Assembly (NCBI RefSeq): GCF_016903815.1
Contig: NZ_CP069973.1
Length of the DNA: 64,000 nt
Strand: one strand, 5' to 3'
Source of the DNA: Escherichia coli
GTDB lineage: Bacteria; Pseudomonadota; Gammaproteobacteria; Enterobacterales; Enterobacteriaceae
Shown here: positions 20,549 to 33,489 of the stretch, one piece after another
Layout of the letters: every line of letters begins with the position of its first letter
Position numbering within the stretch: the first letter of the stretch is position 1
Notes under the pieces: model-generated
The model's input: only the letters and a program-made list of their open reading frames with translations
Database searches by the model: none
What the model was told of the DNA's origin: nothing
Program-made: the position numbers and the translations under genes

Positions 20549-23500
20549 ATGGCTAACTATTTTATTGATCGCCCGGTTTTTGCCTGGGTACTTGCCATTA
20601 TTATGATGCTTGCAGGCGGTCTGGCGATCATGAACTTACCGGTTGCGCAGTATCCGCAGATTGCGCCACCGACCATTACCGTCAGCGCTACCTATCCAGG
20701 TGCCGATGCGCAAACGGTAGAAGACTCGGTCACTCAGGTGATTGAGCAAAATATGAATGGGCTTGATGGCCTGATGTACATGTCTTCAACCAGTGATGCG
20801 GCGGGTAATGCCTCTATTACTCTGACCTTCGAGACTGGGACATCTCCTGATATCGCACAGGTTCAGGTGCAAAATAAACTGCAACTCGCTATGCCTTCAT
20901 TACCTGAAGCGGTGCAGCAGCAGGGGATTAGCGTCGATAAGTCGAGCAGTAATATCCTGATGGTAGCGGCGTTTATTTCTGATAACGGCAGCCTCAACCA
21001 GTACGATATCGCGGACTATGTAGCGTCTAATATCAAAGACCCGCTAAGCCGTACCGCGGGCGTTGGTAGCGTACAGCTCTTTGGTTCCGAGTACGCCATG
21101 CGTATCTGGCTGGACCCGCAAAAACTCAATAAATACAATCTGGTACCTTCCGATGTTATTTCCCAGATTAAGGTGCAGAACAACCAGATTTCTGGTGGTC
21201 AACTGGGTGGCATGCCACAGGCGGCAGACCAGCAACTAAACGCCTCGATCATTGTGCAGACGCGTCTGCAAACGCCGGAAGAATTTGGCAAAATCCTGTT
21301 GAAAGTTCAGCAAGATGGTTCGCAAGTGCTGCTGCGTGATGTCGCCCGCGTCGAACTTGGAGCGGAAGATTATTCCACCGTGGCGCGCTATAACGGCAAA
21401 CCTGCTGCCGGGATCGCCATCAAACTGGCTACCGGAGCAAACGCCCTGGATACCTCGCGGGCAGTCAAAGAGGAGCTGAACCGCTTATCAGCCTATTTCC
21501 CCGCAAGTCTGAAGACGGTTTATCCTTACGACACCACGCCGTTTATCGAAATTTCTATTCAGGAAGTTTTTAAAACACTGGTTGAGGCTATCATCCTCGT
21601 CTTCCTGGTCATGTATCTGTTTTTGCAGAATTTCCGTGCCACAATCATCCCGACGATTGCCGTACCGGTGGTTATTCTCGGGACGTTTGCGATCTTGTCG
21701 GCGGTCGGTTTCACCATCAACACGTTAACTATGTTCGGGATGGTGCTGGCGATAGGGTTACTGGTGGATGACGCCATCGTGGTGGTGGAGAACGTCGAGC
21801 GTGTCATTGCGGAAGATAAGCTACCGCCGAAGGAAGCGACGCATAAATCGATGGGGCAGATCCAACGTGCGCTGGTCGGGATTGCCGTTGTTCTTTCCGC
21901 AGTGTTTATGCCGATGGCCTTTATGAGCGGTGCAACCGGGGAGATCTACCGCCAGTTCTCCATCACGCTGATCTCCTCCATGCTGCTTTCAGTATTTGTG
22001 GCAATGAGCCTGACCCCTGCCCTGTGCGCCACCATTCTGAAAGCCGCGCCGGAAGGCGGTCACAAACCTAACGCCCTGTTCGCACGCTTCAACACGCTGT
22101 TTGAAAAATCAACTCAGCACTATACCGACAGTACCCGCTCGCTGTTGCGTTGTACCGGTCGCTACATGGTGGTCTACCTGCTGATTTGCGCCGGGATGGC
22201 GGTGCTGTTCCTGCGCACGCCGACCTCTTTCTTACCAGAAGAGGATCAGGGGGTATTTATGACCACCGCGCAGTTACCTTCCGGTGCCACCATGGTTAAC
22301 ACCACGAAAGTGCTGCAACAGGTGACGGATTATTATCTGACTAAAGAGAAAGATAATGTTCAGTCGGTGTTTACCGTTGGCGGCTTTGGCTTCAGCGGCC
22401 AGGGGCAAAACAACGGTCTGGCGTTTATCAGCCTCAAACCGTGGTCTGAACGTGTCGGCGAGGAAAACTCGGTTACCGCGATCATTCAGCGGGCAATGAT
22501 TGCGTTAAGCAGTATCAATAAAGCCGTCGTCTTCCCGTTCAACTTACCCGCGGTGGCTGAACTGGGTACCGCGTCAGGTTTTGATATGGAACTGCTGGAC
22601 AACGGCAACCTGGGGCACGAAAAACTGACCCAGGCGCGAAACGAGCTATTATCACTGGCAGCGCAATCACCGAACCAAGTCACCGGGGTACGTCCGAACG
22701 GACTGGAAGATACGCCGATGTTCAAAGTGAACGTCAACGCCGCGAAAGCTGAGGCAATGGGTGTGGCGCTGTCTGATATCAACCAGACAATTTCCACCGC
22801 CTTCGGCAGCAGCTACGTGAACGACTTCCTCAACCAGGGGCGGGTGAAAAAAGTGTATGTCCAGGCAGGCACGCCGTTCCGTATGTTGCCGGATAACATC
22901 AACCAATGGTATGTACGCAACGCCTCTGGCACGATGGCACCGCTTTCTGCCTATTCGTCTACCGAATGGACCTATGGTTCACCGCGACTGGAACGCTACA
23001 ACGGCATCCCGTCAATGGAGATTTTAGGTGAAGCGGCGGCCGGGAAAAGTACCGGTGACGCCATGAAATTTATGGCAGACCTGGTCGCTAAACTTCCGGC
23101 AGGCGTCGGCTACTCATGGACCGGACTGTCGTATCAGGAAGCGTTATCCTCAAATCAGGCTCCCGCGCTGTATGCCATTTCACTGGTCGTGGTGTTCCTC
23201 GCCCTCGCCGCACTTTATGAGAGCTGGTCAATTCCGTTCTCGGTGATGTTGGTTGTACCGTTAGGCGTCGTTGGCGCATTACTGGCCACCGATCTACGCG
23301 GCTTAAGTAATGACGTCTACTTCCAGGTTGGTTTGCTGACCACCATCGGGCTTTCCGCCAAGAACGCCATCCTGATTGTCGAATTTGCCGTTGAGATGAT
23401 GCAGAAAGAAGGGAAAACGCCGATAGAGGCAATCATCGAAGCGGCGCGGATGCGTTTACGCCCAATCCTGATGACCTCTCTGGCCTTTATTCTCGGCGTG

Positions 23501-23662
23501 CTGCCGCTGGTTATCAGTCATGGTGCCGGTTCTGGCGCGCAAAACGCGGTAGGTACCGGCGTGATGGGCGGGATGTTTGCCGCAACAGTGCTGGCAATTT
23601 ACTTCGTTCCGGTCTTTTTCGTTGTAGTGGAACATCTCTTTGCCCGCTTTAAAAAAGCGTAA
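20549..23662 (+). CDS. mdtF: RND efflux inner membrane transporter MdtF (1037 aa)
   Basis: AcrB-like 1037-aa protein starting [24 protein letters not shown]. Confidence 0.95.
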   Translation: MANYFIDRPVFAWVLAIIMMLAGGLAIMNLPVAQYPQIAPPTITVSATYPGADAQTVEDSVTQVIEQNMNGLDGLMYMSSTSDAAGNASITLTFETGTSPDIAQVQVQNKLQLAMPSLPEAVQQQGISVDKSSSNILMVAAFISDNGSLNQYDIADYVASNIKDPLSRTAGVGSVQLFGSEYAMRIWLDPQKLNKYNLVPSDVISQIKVQNNQISGGQLGGMPQAADQQLNASIIVQTRLQTPEEFGKILLKVQQDGSQVLLRDVARVELGAEDYSTVARYNGKPAAGIAIKLATGANALDTSRAVKEELNRLSAYFPASLKTVYPYDTTPFIEISIQEVFKTLVEAIILVFLVMYLFLQNFRATIIPTIAVPVVILGTFAILSAVGFTINTLTMFGMVLAIGLLVDDAIVVVENVERVIAEDKLPPKEATHKSMGQIQRALVGIAVVLSAVFMPMAFMSGATGEIYRQFSITLISSMLLSVFVAMSLTPALCATILKAAPEGGHKPNALFARFNTLFEKSTQHYTDSTRSLLRCTGRYMVVYLLICAGMAVLFLRTPTSFLPEEDQGVFMTTAQLPSGATMVNTTKVLQQVTDYYLTKEKDNVQSVFTVGGFGFSGQGQNNGLAFISLKPWSERVGEENSVTAIIQRAMIALSSINKAVVFPFNLPAVAELGTASGFDMELLDNGNLGHEKLTQARNELLSLAAQSPNQVTGVRPNGLEDTPMFKVNVNAAKAEAMGVALSDINQTISTAFGSSYVNDFLNQGRVKKVYVQAGTPFRMLPDNINQWYVRNASGTMAPLSAYSSTEWTYGSPRLERYNGIPSMEILGEAAAGKSTGDAMKFMADLVAKLPAGVGYSWTGLSYQEALSSNQAPALYAISLVVVFLALAALYESWSIPFSVMLVVPLGVVGALLATDLRGLSNDVYFQVGLLTTIGLSAKNAILIVEFAVEMMQKEGKTPIEAIIEAARMRLRPILMTSLAFILGVLPLVISHGAGSGAQNAVGTGVMGGMFAATVLAIYFVPVFFVVVEHLFARFKKA

Positions 23663-23673
23663 CGTGTAAATGA

Positions 23674-23711
23674 GAGTAAGGTTGAACGTGAGGGTTCAGC
23701 CTTACTCTTTC
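23674..23711 (+). terminator. Hairpin terminator after mdtF
   Basis: gagtaaggttgaac-gtgagg-gttcagccttactc followed by tttcc, 12 bp after the mdtF stop. Confidence 0.55.
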
Positions 23712-24024
23712 CTGCCAACCATTCACCACTCAACAACCAGCTAACCGTCAGGAATACCAGGCTTAGTACACAGCACTGAAAGTAGAAACCACTCCAGCCA
23801 TTCGTCATCAATTTGAATAACACAATACTGACCCACATTCCCGTAATCGTATGAATTGTCAGCTTAATAATCCCAAACATGCCGAGTCTTTTCCTCCTGA
23901 AAATACCTATACCGCCTGGCAAACTGCGAAAGAGAACTAGCCGGTAGCCCGGCAGAAATCATCAGGGAAGAGTTTCACATGAAGCAGGTGTGAGATCCTG
24001 ACCAATATTCAAATGCAAAATATG

Positions 24025-24753
24025 TCAGGAAAAGGTACCTGGCGAATGTTGCGCAAACTGATGTGGCGTTACACCATAATATTGTCGAAATGTGTTTATA
24101 AAGTACGACGTACTGCTATAGCCACATTTTTCCGCAATAGTATGCAGAGGAATTTGACGTAACTCGAGTAATCGTCTGGCCATCGACATCCTGGAGGCGA
24201 GTAATATTTTACTGAAACAGGTATTTTCATCCTGCAACTTTTTTTTGATGAGACTCTCGCTGGTATACATTCTTTCCGCAATATCGCGCAGATACCAACG
24301 TTTGGCGATATCAAAGCTAATAAGGCGTTCAACTTTTCCTGAAACAGTACTGATACTATTGAAAAGTAAGGGGATCAGTTCTTTCTTATGAGAAAACATC
24401 GATAAACAGGAAAGATAGAGCATTTTGCTCAGTATCGGTGAATTTACCCCTGATTCATTGAAACTATCAAAAATCGCCGTCACCAGCGGCATGGGGGGTG
24501 ACTGGTTAATTAACAGACGGTCTTTGCTATGTAACCCTAAATTGCGTGGTATCTGACGAATATTTTGTAAGTAATGGCAAACTGTCAGCTCATCGATATC
24601 CAGTCGTCGCGTATCCGGTGAACAAAACGCAAAATCGTCTGCCAAATTTTTATCCAGTAACAGGATACTCTCGTTGTGCAACGATATTTTTTGCTGTTCA
24701 TGATAAATATCGAATGAACGACGAACGAGGATCACCGAGCAGACATGAGTCAT
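24025..24753 (-). CDS. gadW: AraC-family regulator GadW (242 aa)
   Basis: 242-aa AraC/XylS family protein with C-terminal HTH; synteny. Confidence 0.9.
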   Translation of the reverse strand: MTHVCSVILVRRSFDIYHEQQKISLHNESILLLDKNLADDFAFCSPDTRRLDIDELTVCHYLQNIRQIPRNLGLHSKDRLLINQSPPMPLVTAIFDSFNESGVNSPILSKMLYLSCLSMFSHKKELIPLLFNSISTVSGKVERLISFDIAKRWYLRDIAERMYTSESLIKKKLQDENTCFSKILLASRMSMARRLLELRQIPLHTIAEKCGYSSTSYFINTFRQYYGVTPHQFAQHSPGTFS

Positions 24754-24999
24754 GACTATCCCTTATATTTCATTACTGCGATTATTTCAATTTCAGTATA
24801 CTAATGAAATGATGCCAGACTGTTTCTTAGCGCAAAAACTGCCAGATTTGGTAGGACCAAAATTTATCCACAAAGTAGTTTTGCATAACAGTTAATTGAT
24901 AATAAGTAAATGCAGCACGAATATATTTTCGCACAGCGTATAGCTTATGTTTATAAAAAAATGGCTGATCTTATTTCCAGTAAAAGTTATATTTAACTT

Positions 25000-25104
25000 A
25001 CTGAGAGCACAAAGTTTCCCGTGCCAACAGGGAGTGTTATAACGGTTTATTAGTCTGGAGACGGCAGACTATCCTCTTCCCGGTCCCCTATGCCGGGTTT
25101 TTTT
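25000..25104 (+). ncRNA. gadY: Small RNA GadY, antisense to the gadX 3' end
   Basis: 105-nt stretch beginning actgagagcacaaagtttccc and ending in the hairpin cccgg...ccggg plus T-run, matching the GadY sequence as I recall it; lies on the opposite strand just 3' of gadX. Confidence 0.7.
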
Positions 25105-25121
25105 TATGTCTGAGTAAAACT

Positions 25122-25946
25122 CTATAATCTTATTCCTTCCGCAGAACGGTCAGTGCCGTAAAAATTCCCTTGTGCAACAATACTTGCCGCCGGGTCACGG
25201 TTCGGCAATCCCTGCGCCGATCGCTCCTGATACTCTGTGGGCGTCATCCCATAATAATTTCGAAAAACGTAAATAAAATACGACACGCTGTGATATCCAC
25301 AGGATACTGCAACTCGCTTAATTGAAACACCATATATAACAATAAGTTGTAAAGCACGCTGCATCCTACACTCAGTAAGCAACTGTGAATATGACGTACC
25401 TTCTTCGCGCAATTTTTTCTTTAACAGGCTTGGACTCATCAACAGCTCGCTGGCGATTCGGGCTAATGTCCACTCATGGGCGATATTATTATTGATGACC
25501 GTACAAACTCGTGTTCGCATATTCGGTTGCAACACGTTCAGTAGTAACGGTATAAACTGCATATCCTCAAGAAAAACAGATAACAACGCAAAGATTAATG
25601 CCCTTTTACGTAGCATTTCTGCATAGCGAAGATTCTTATTCTGCGATAGTTGCGCAACTTCCTGAAAAACAGGAATATCTCTGGTACAGTGATGAACGAG
25701 TAATGCAGGAACTTTTTTATGTGCATGAAGTTTTAATGCCTCCTCCTTGAGCATCGGGAGAAATAATGAAAGCGTGTCTCTTGAAACTAATACGAAATTC
25801 TCAACACACTTATCCACTTGAATTTGGCTTGCATCCGCAAAAACCAGATCACCGCCATTAAAATAGCGATATTCACCATTAACCATGGTGAGAATATATT
25901 TATGTCTTGCGTACGCAATTAGACAATTACCATGTAGTGGTTGCAT
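25122..25946 (-). CDS. gadX: AraC-family regulator GadX (274 aa)
   Basis: 274-aa AraC/XylS protein upstream of gadW and downstream of gadA. Confidence 0.9.
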   Translation of the reverse strand: MQPLHGNCLIAYARHKYILTMVNGEYRYFNGGDLVFADASQIQVDKCVENFVLVSRDTLSLFLPMLKEEALKLHAHKKVPALLVHHCTRDIPVFQEVAQLSQNKNLRYAEMLRKRALIFALLSVFLEDMQFIPLLLNVLQPNMRTRVCTVINNNIAHEWTLARIASELLMSPSLLKKKLREEGTSYSQLLTECRMQRALQLIVIYGVSIKRVAVSCGYHSVSYFIYVFRNYYGMTPTEYQERSAQGLPNRDPAASIVAQGNFYGTDRSAEGIRL

Positions 25947-26305
25947 AGTTGACTTAATATTACATAAACATATTACTGTTTATTAATGTAGCACGCCGCC
26001 CTCTTAAGTCAAATTGATTGATAAATAAATTTAAACGAAGCGGGAAAACAGGATGATAATCTACGGGCAGGATGACTGGATTTATAATACAAAAGGCGTG
26101 CTTAAGAACGCAGTGAAATTAATAGTAAGCAAATAATCCCTTGTAGTGACATTAAAAACACCCGTTACATTGAATAAACATTCATATAACATATATCTTA
26201 TCAACACGATGAATAGACAGCCAATATATTATTGCGATTAATAAGCAACCGAATGCCCAACTGTTTTTTAAAGGTTGGGCATTCGGTTTTTACAACGTTA
26301 TGTTA

Positions 26306-27706
26306 TCAGGTGTGTTTAAAGCTGTTCTGCTGGGCAATACCCTGCAGTTTCGGGTGATCGCTGAGATATTTCAGGGAGGCTTTGTAGTCTTCCAGCAACA
26401 GTTCAGCAAAGTCCATTTCGAAGCCGCGACGACACATAATGCGCATCACCACGATGTCGGTGGCTTCACCGCCGAGAGTGAAGGCCGGAACCTGCCAGCC
26501 GCGCAGACGCAGACGTTCAGAGAGGTCGTACAGGGTGTATCCCGGATCTTCACCCTCTTTCAGTTTGAAGCAAACCGCCGGGATGCCTTCGTCCGGGCGA
26601 CCGGTACAGATGAACTCATACGGCCCCAGTTTGGCGATTTCATCCGCCAGATAAGCGGCAACCTGGTAAGAGGCGTTCTGTACTTTGGTATAGCCTTCAC
26701 GACCGAGGCGCAGGAATTCATAGTACTGTGCAATTACCTGACCCGCCGGGCGGGAGAAGTTGATGGCGAAAGTCCCAATCTGACCACCGAGGTAGTCAAC
26801 GTTGAACACCAGTTCCTGCGGCAGCGCTTCTTCATCACGCCAGATAACCCAGCCGCAGCCCAGCGGAGCCAGACCGAATTTATGGCCTGAAGCACTGATC
26901 GATTTCACACGCGGCAGGCGGAAGTCCCAGACGATATCCGGGGCAACGAACGGTGCCAGGAAGCCACCGCTGGCGGCGTCGATGTGCATGTCGATGTCGA
27001 TACCGGTGTCGGCCTGGAATTTATCCAGCGCATCGTGCAGCGGTTGCGGGAACTCATAGTTACCGGTGTAGGTCACGCCGAAAGTCGGCACCACGCCGAT
27101 GGTGTTTTCGTCGCAGGCTTCAATCATGCGTTTCGGGTCCATAAACAACTGACCGGGGCGCATAGGGATCTCACGCAGCTCCACATCCCAGTAGCGGGCA
27201 AATTTATGCCAGCAGATTTGTACCGGACCGCACACCAGGTTTGGTTTGTTGGTCGGCTTACCTGCGGCTTCCATACGCTTGCGCCAACGCCATTTCATCG
27301 CCATCCCGCCGAGCATACAGGCCTCGGAAGAACCAATGGTGTTGGTGCCAACGGCCTGACCATTTTTCGGCGCAGGCGCATGCCACAGATCGGCAACCAT
27401 GTTTACGCAACGCAGGTCGATGGCTGCAGATTGCGGATATTCTTCTTTGTCGATCCAGTTTTTATTGATCGACAAATCCATCAATTTATGGACGTTTTCG
27501 TCGTCCCAGGTCTGGCAAAAAGTGGCCAGGTTCTGACGAGCGTTGCCATCAAGATATAATTCGTCATTGATAATCTGGAATGCGACATCATCGCGCATTT
27601 CGTGCAGCGGAAATCGTTTTGACTCCGCGATAGTAGAAATGGCCTTTGCGCCAAAACGTGAATCGAGTAGTTCTGAGCGGAAATCCGTTAACAGCTTCTG
27701 GTCCAT
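26306..27706 (-). CDS. gadA: Glutamate decarboxylase alpha GadA (466 aa)
   Basis: [21 protein letters not shown]... with PLP-lysine region [19 protein letters not shown]. The ORF-track start at 27769 is an upstream extension. Confidence 0.95.
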   Translation of the reverse strand: MDQKLLTDFRSELLDSRFGAKAISTIAESKRFPLHEMRDDVAFQIINDELYLDGNARQNLATFCQTWDDENVHKLMDLSINKNWIDKEEYPQSAAIDLRCVNMVADLWHAPAPKNGQAVGTNTIGSSEACMLGGMAMKWRWRKRMEAAGKPTNKPNLVCGPVQICWHKFARYWDVELREIPMRPGQLFMDPKRMIEACDENTIGVVPTFGVTYTGNYEFPQPLHDALDKFQADTGIDIDMHIDAASGGFLAPFVAPDIVWDFRLPRVKSISASGHKFGLAPLGCGWVIWRDEEALPQELVFNVDYLGGQIGTFAINFSRPAGQVIAQYYEFLRLGREGYTKVQNASYQVAAYLADEIAKLGPYEFICTGRPDEGIPAVCFKLKEGEDPGYTLYDLSERLRLRGWQVPAFTLGGEATDIVVMRIMCRRGFEMDFAELLLEDYKASLKYLSDHPKLQGIAQQNSFKHT

Positions 27707-27785
27707 TTCGAACTCCTTAAATTTATTTGAAGGCAATAAAAAAGTAGGATTTATCCGCAATGGAAGCAAGGCATTACAGGCTTAA

Positions 27786-27805
27786 TTTAAATAACAAAAT
27801 CCTAA
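27786..27805 (-). promoter_or_regulatory. GAD box (GadE/GadX-GadW site) upstream of gadA
   Basis: Reverse complement reads TTAGGATTTTGTTATTTAAA, the 20-bp gad box consensus, about 80 bp upstream of the gadA ATG. Confidence 0.7.
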
Positions 27806-27916
27806 GCAGAAAAACGACTTTTTATAATATAAACATTTAACATGATAATATTAAAAACAGACTTTATTATCGCAATAAAAATCACCCGAACATTCCTGTT
27901 CGGGCGATTAAATTAA

Positions 27917-29314
27917 TTATTGTTTATCCTGCATATACGGCGTATAAACCCCGTTCAGACTGTGCAGGAAAGCTACGATATCATCCACATCCTCCTGCGG
28001 CAGCTCTTTGCCTACCTGATAGCGCAACATCAGTTTCACCGCCCCGTCCAGCGTCGGCACATCACCGCGATGGAAGTACGGTGCCGTTAGTGCAACGTTA
28101 CGTAAACCGGGTACTTTCTGACGCAATTTATCGCGCTCTTCTTTAGTCACATTCATACGACCAATATCCGCCGCCGTAATTTCACCAAAGTTAAAGTCTT
28201 TTTTCAGCCCCAACGGTTCGAAGGAACGTCCGCCGAGAATAATACCACCATGACAAGTTGCACATTTATTATCTTTAAATAATTGATAGCCTTTTTTCTG
28301 TTGTGCCGTCAGCGCATTCTCATCTCCACGCAACCATTTATCAAATGGGGAATCTGGCGTAATTAATGTTTTCTCAAATTCAGCAATGGCATCAGTAATA
28401 TTTTCGCCACTGAAACCTTGCGGATAGACTTCGAGGAACTGCGCTTTAAGCTGCGGATCTTTTTCCAGCTTAGCAATAATTTCGTCCCAGGATTTCGACG
28501 CCATTTCAATCGGATTCAACGGCGGTCCACCAGCCTGATCCTGCAATGTTGCCGCACGACCATCCCAGAACTGCTCAACGTTAAATACTGAGTTAAATAC
28601 CGTCGGCGCGTTAATCGGCCCCACTGCGCCACCAACACCAATCGATGTTTTTCTGCCATCGACGCCCCCCGCATTCAACGCATGGCAATGAGCGCATGAA
28701 ATGGTGCTATCCGCCGATAAACGGGGATCGTGATACAGCGCAAAACCCAACGCCACTTTTTGCGCATCGGTAGGCAGTTTTTGCGGGATGGGCTGCACCG
28801 GTTCATTGCGATGCTCCGGAGCAATGTCATTGCTGGCGTAATATTCCGCGCGCTGTTTTGCAATCCAGGCGAGTATTTCCGCCCGCTCTTCATCACTCAC
28901 CTTACCCGCCCAGTGTAGCGCGGTATAACGTGTTGGTGGCATGGTTTCATACTGCATCACCCATTCAATCTTATTCAGATCGCTTTGCGAAACGGGTTTA
29001 TCAGCCAGCAGAGCCGCACGCACGGCCTCGAGGTTAAAAGATTTATATCCAAGCTTAATGTCGTAATCCATCAACTGTTTCGCGCCAGGAATATAATAAT
29101 AGGCGGGTAATTCTGCCGAAGGCGTGTGGCAATAGTCGCATCCTTTTTCGCGGAGAAAGCCTAAAACCTTATTATTTTCACTGACAGCAGATGCCTGAAC
29201 ATCGGCCTGTTTACTGCGTTTATTATCGTGGTACCACACATAACCAGATAACCCTAAATAGCAAATCGCGACGCCAGCCAGGCCGATCGCGGTAATACGT
29301 GAGACCATTTTCAT
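27917..29314 (-). CDS. yhjA: Dihaem cytochrome c peroxidase YhjA/Ccp (465 aa)
   Basis: N-terminal membrane anchor and three CxxCH haem-binding motifs (CDYCH, CAHCH, CATCH). Confidence 0.9.
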   Translation of the reverse strand: MKMVSRITAIGLAGVAICYLGLSGYVWYHDNKRSKQADVQASAVSENNKVLGFLREKGCDYCHTPSAELPAYYYIPGAKQLMDYDIKLGYKSFNLEAVRAALLADKPVSQSDLNKIEWVMQYETMPPTRYTALHWAGKVSDEERAEILAWIAKQRAEYYASNDIAPEHRNEPVQPIPQKLPTDAQKVALGFALYHDPRLSADSTISCAHCHALNAGGVDGRKTSIGVGGAVGPINAPTVFNSVFNVEQFWDGRAATLQDQAGGPPLNPIEMASKSWDEIIAKLEKDPQLKAQFLEVYPQGFSGENITDAIAEFEKTLITPDSPFDKWLRGDENALTAQQKKGYQLFKDNKCATCHGGIILGGRSFEPLGLKKDFNFGEITAADIGRMNVTKEERDKLRQKVPGLRNVALTAPYFHRGDVPTLDGAVKLMLRYQVGKELPQEDVDDIVAFLHSLNGVYTPYMQDKQ

Positions 29315-29421
29315 TATTCTTCCCTCACGGTGGTGAGTTATTGTGACCCAGAAAATTTTCCAGAATGCTGCAAACGTCTCTGCGAGACAAAGCCATCATA
29401 AAAAACAGGGAGATACGCTTT

Positions 29422-29435
29422 TTGATAGGAATCAA
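29422..29435. promoter_or_regulatory. Candidate FNR box upstream of yhjA
   Basis: TTGAT-agga-ATCAA, a perfect match to the FNR half-sites, about 110 bp upstream of the yhjA start. Confidence 0.55.
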
Positions 29436-29688
29436 TCAATTACATGAATATAAACTATCAATAAGATAGCCTGTGCCTATTATCCAGATCAGGAATGGCA
29501 TATCATGATTGCGGCGAGAGCAGGATTGAATGTTCTGAAAATGAAAAACAACACGAAATCTGTATTTTTATAAATTCCATGGATATTAGTGCGTTATATT
29601 TTTTGACAGGTTAATAAACGTGATCCACCGCACGCTTTGTCGCCCACCAGGCGGAGCGAATGACTACCCTTAAAGAAAAGCCCGATAA

Positions 29689-31368
<1,680 letters not shown>

Positions 31369-31418
31369 TATTTTTACAGCCAGCCGCTAACTTCCTGCTG
31401 GCTGTAAAATTATCCTCT

Positions 31419-32021
31419 TCAGGAGGAGATATTTAACATCATTGCCGCCTGGGTGCGATTTTTCACTTCCAGACGGCGATACAGGGATTCCAGATGCGCT
31501 TTTACCGTTCCGGTACTGATATTCAGCGCCCTGCCGATCTCCTTATTTGATTCGCCCGCCGCTAACATGGTTAAAATCTCCCGCTGGCGGGCGCTTAACG
31601 ATTTGAGATCTTTAATGTCCTTTTCCGGCGTCGTCCGCCAGTCTCCAGGCAGAAACATCATCCCCATCGCCGCACTATTTACCGCCAACGCAAATGTCTC
31701 GACGGTTGAATCACGAGGCACAATGGCCAGCACATTAAAATGGATAACTTCCTGTAACCACCGTTTATTGCAATCCGTCGCCGTAATTAACACCTTAACC
31801 TCAGGAAATTGCACCACGGTTTTTTGCAGCAACCAGTAACAAAACTCACCATCCTGATCGCCATCGAGCATCACTAAGGCTTCAGGGTAACTTTCCAGCT
31901 TCTGCCATAACTCGTCTGCCTGACCGGCCCCCTGAATACTCACTCCTGGAATACGCTGCTGTAAACTGATTTTCATTCCATGAATAAATATTGACTGCCT
32001 GTCAAACATGACTATTTGCAT
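31419..32021 (-). CDS. yhjB: LuxR-family response-regulator-like protein YhjB (200 aa)
   Basis: Receiver-like N-terminus with C-terminal LuxR HTH (REILTMLAAGESNKEIGRALNISTGTVKAHL). Confidence 0.9.
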   Translation of the reverse strand: MQIVMFDRQSIFIHGMKISLQQRIPGVSIQGAGQADELWQKLESYPEALVMLDGDQDGEFCYWLLQKTVVQFPEVKVLITATDCNKRWLQEVIHFNVLAIVPRDSTVETFALAVNSAAMGMMFLPGDWRTTPEKDIKDLKSLSARQREILTMLAAGESNKEIGRALNISTGTVKAHLESLYRRLEVKNRTQAAMMLNISS

Positions 32022-32541
32022 AACTGAATCTCCACCTGAATACGTTAAAAAGACTTAAGTAGTGGAAGGGTATTACCCGCGAGAAAAAATAAGAATTCGC
32101 CATTTGGCGGTGGCCATTCTACAGAGATGACGCGTAGAAAATAGTTGCCGATATAAATCGTTACAGCTAAACGCCTGAAATTACATGTCGAGGGCACTAT
32201 TTAAAACAATTTTGAGGATTTCCTTATATTGATGGTTAGTACGCATGCAATTAAAAATGAAACTCCGCGACCACAAGCAAAAATAACAAATGGCAATGAG
32301 ACAAAAATAAGCACAAATAGCCAACACGTCCTCTGTTCACTTTAAAGGGAATCGCTGAAAAAAAACGCTCTGTTTAGGGAAATTCACCTTTCTCATAAAG
32401 CTATTCCGCCCTTTTCCTGCTGAGAAATCGCCACATTCGTCATGACAACATTGTGAAACCCGGCATTAGATGTTAGAAAAAACAATAAACAATGCGATAT
32501 GCGCGTTACTGTTTCGCTGTGAACAACAATCGGTCAAAGAA

Positions 32542-33441
32542 ATGGATAAAATTCACGCAATGCAGTTGTTCATCAAAGTCGCGGAGCTGGAAAGTTTTTC
32601 CCGCGCGGCGGATTTCTTTGCTTTGCCAAAGGGAAGTGTTTCGCGCCAGATACAGGCACTGGAACATCAACTTGGCACCCAGCTTCTCCAGCGCACTACG
32701 CGACGGGTCAAACTCACGCCAGAAGGCATGACCTATTATCAACGGGCAAAAGATGTGTTGAGTAATCTCAGCGAACTGGACGGTCTGTTTCAACAGGATG
32801 CCACCAGTATCAGCGGTAAATTACGCATCGACATCCCGCCAGGAATCGCGAAAAGCCTGTTACTGCCGCGCCTGTCGGAATTTATCTATCTGCATCCGGG
32901 AATTGAGCTGGAGCTGAGTAGCCATGACCGTCCGGTAGATATTCTTCACGATGGTTTTGATTGCGTGATACGCACTGGCGCGTTACCGGAAAATGGCGTT
33001 ATCGCCCGTCCCCTCGGCAAACTGACCATGGTCAACTGTGCCAGTCCGCACTATCTGACGCGCTTTGGTTATCCTCAAAGCCCCGACGATCTGACTTCGC
33101 ACGCAATAGTGCGCTACACACCGCACCTGGGTGTACATCCGTTAGGTTTTGAGGTTGCCAGCGTTAATGGCGTCCAGTGGTTTAAGTCTGGCGGCATGTT
33201 GACGGTAAACAGTCGCGAAAACTATCTCGCCGCCGGTCTTGCCGGTCTGGGGATTATTCAGATCCCGCGCATTGCCGTGCGCGAAGCCCTGCGTGCCGGG
33301 AGGCTTATTGAAGTATTACCTGGCTACCGTGCCGAGCCGCTCTCCCTTTCGCTGGTTTATCCGCAGCGTCGGGAGCTTTCCCGGCGTGTAAACCTGTTTA
33401 TGCAGTGGCTGGCTGGCGTAATGAAAGAGCACCTGGACTGA
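32542..33441 (+). CDS. yhjC: LysR-family transcriptional regulator YhjC (299 aa)
   Basis: MDKIHAMQLFIKVAELESFSRAADFF LysR N-terminal HTH. The ORF-track start at 32470 is an upstream extension. Confidence 0.85.
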   Translation: MDKIHAMQLFIKVAELESFSRAADFFALPKGSVSRQIQALEHQLGTQLLQRTTRRVKLTPEGMTYYQRAKDVLSNLSELDGLFQQDATSISGKLRIDIPPGIAKSLLLPRLSEFIYLHPGIELELSSHDRPVDILHDGFDCVIRTGALPENGVIARPLGKLTMVNCASPHYLTRFGYPQSPDDLTSHAIVRYTPHLGVHPLGFEVASVNGVQWFKSGGMLTVNSRENYLAAGLAGLGIIQIPRIAVREALRAGRLIEVLPGYRAEPLSLSLVYPQRRELSRRVNLFMQWLAGVMKEHLD

Positions 33442-33489
33442 CCGACTATACTTTTTAAGAATGACCACGACAGAAGGACAAAAGAGCGG

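Noticed and set aside
23599-23922. 107-aa minus-strand ORF between mdtF and gadW with a hydrophobic stretch
   Set aside because: It overlaps the mdtF 3' end and spans the mdtF terminator hairpin; no convincing start context; most likely a chance ORF.
26300-27559. Plus-strand ORFs of 191-196 aa overlapping gadA
   Set aside because: Antisense to gadA, with no recognisable domains.
31376-31405. Hairpin acagccagc...gctggctgt between convergent treF and yhjB as a bidirectional terminator
   Set aside because: Perfect 9-bp stem but no T-tract on either strand, so too uncertain to annotate.
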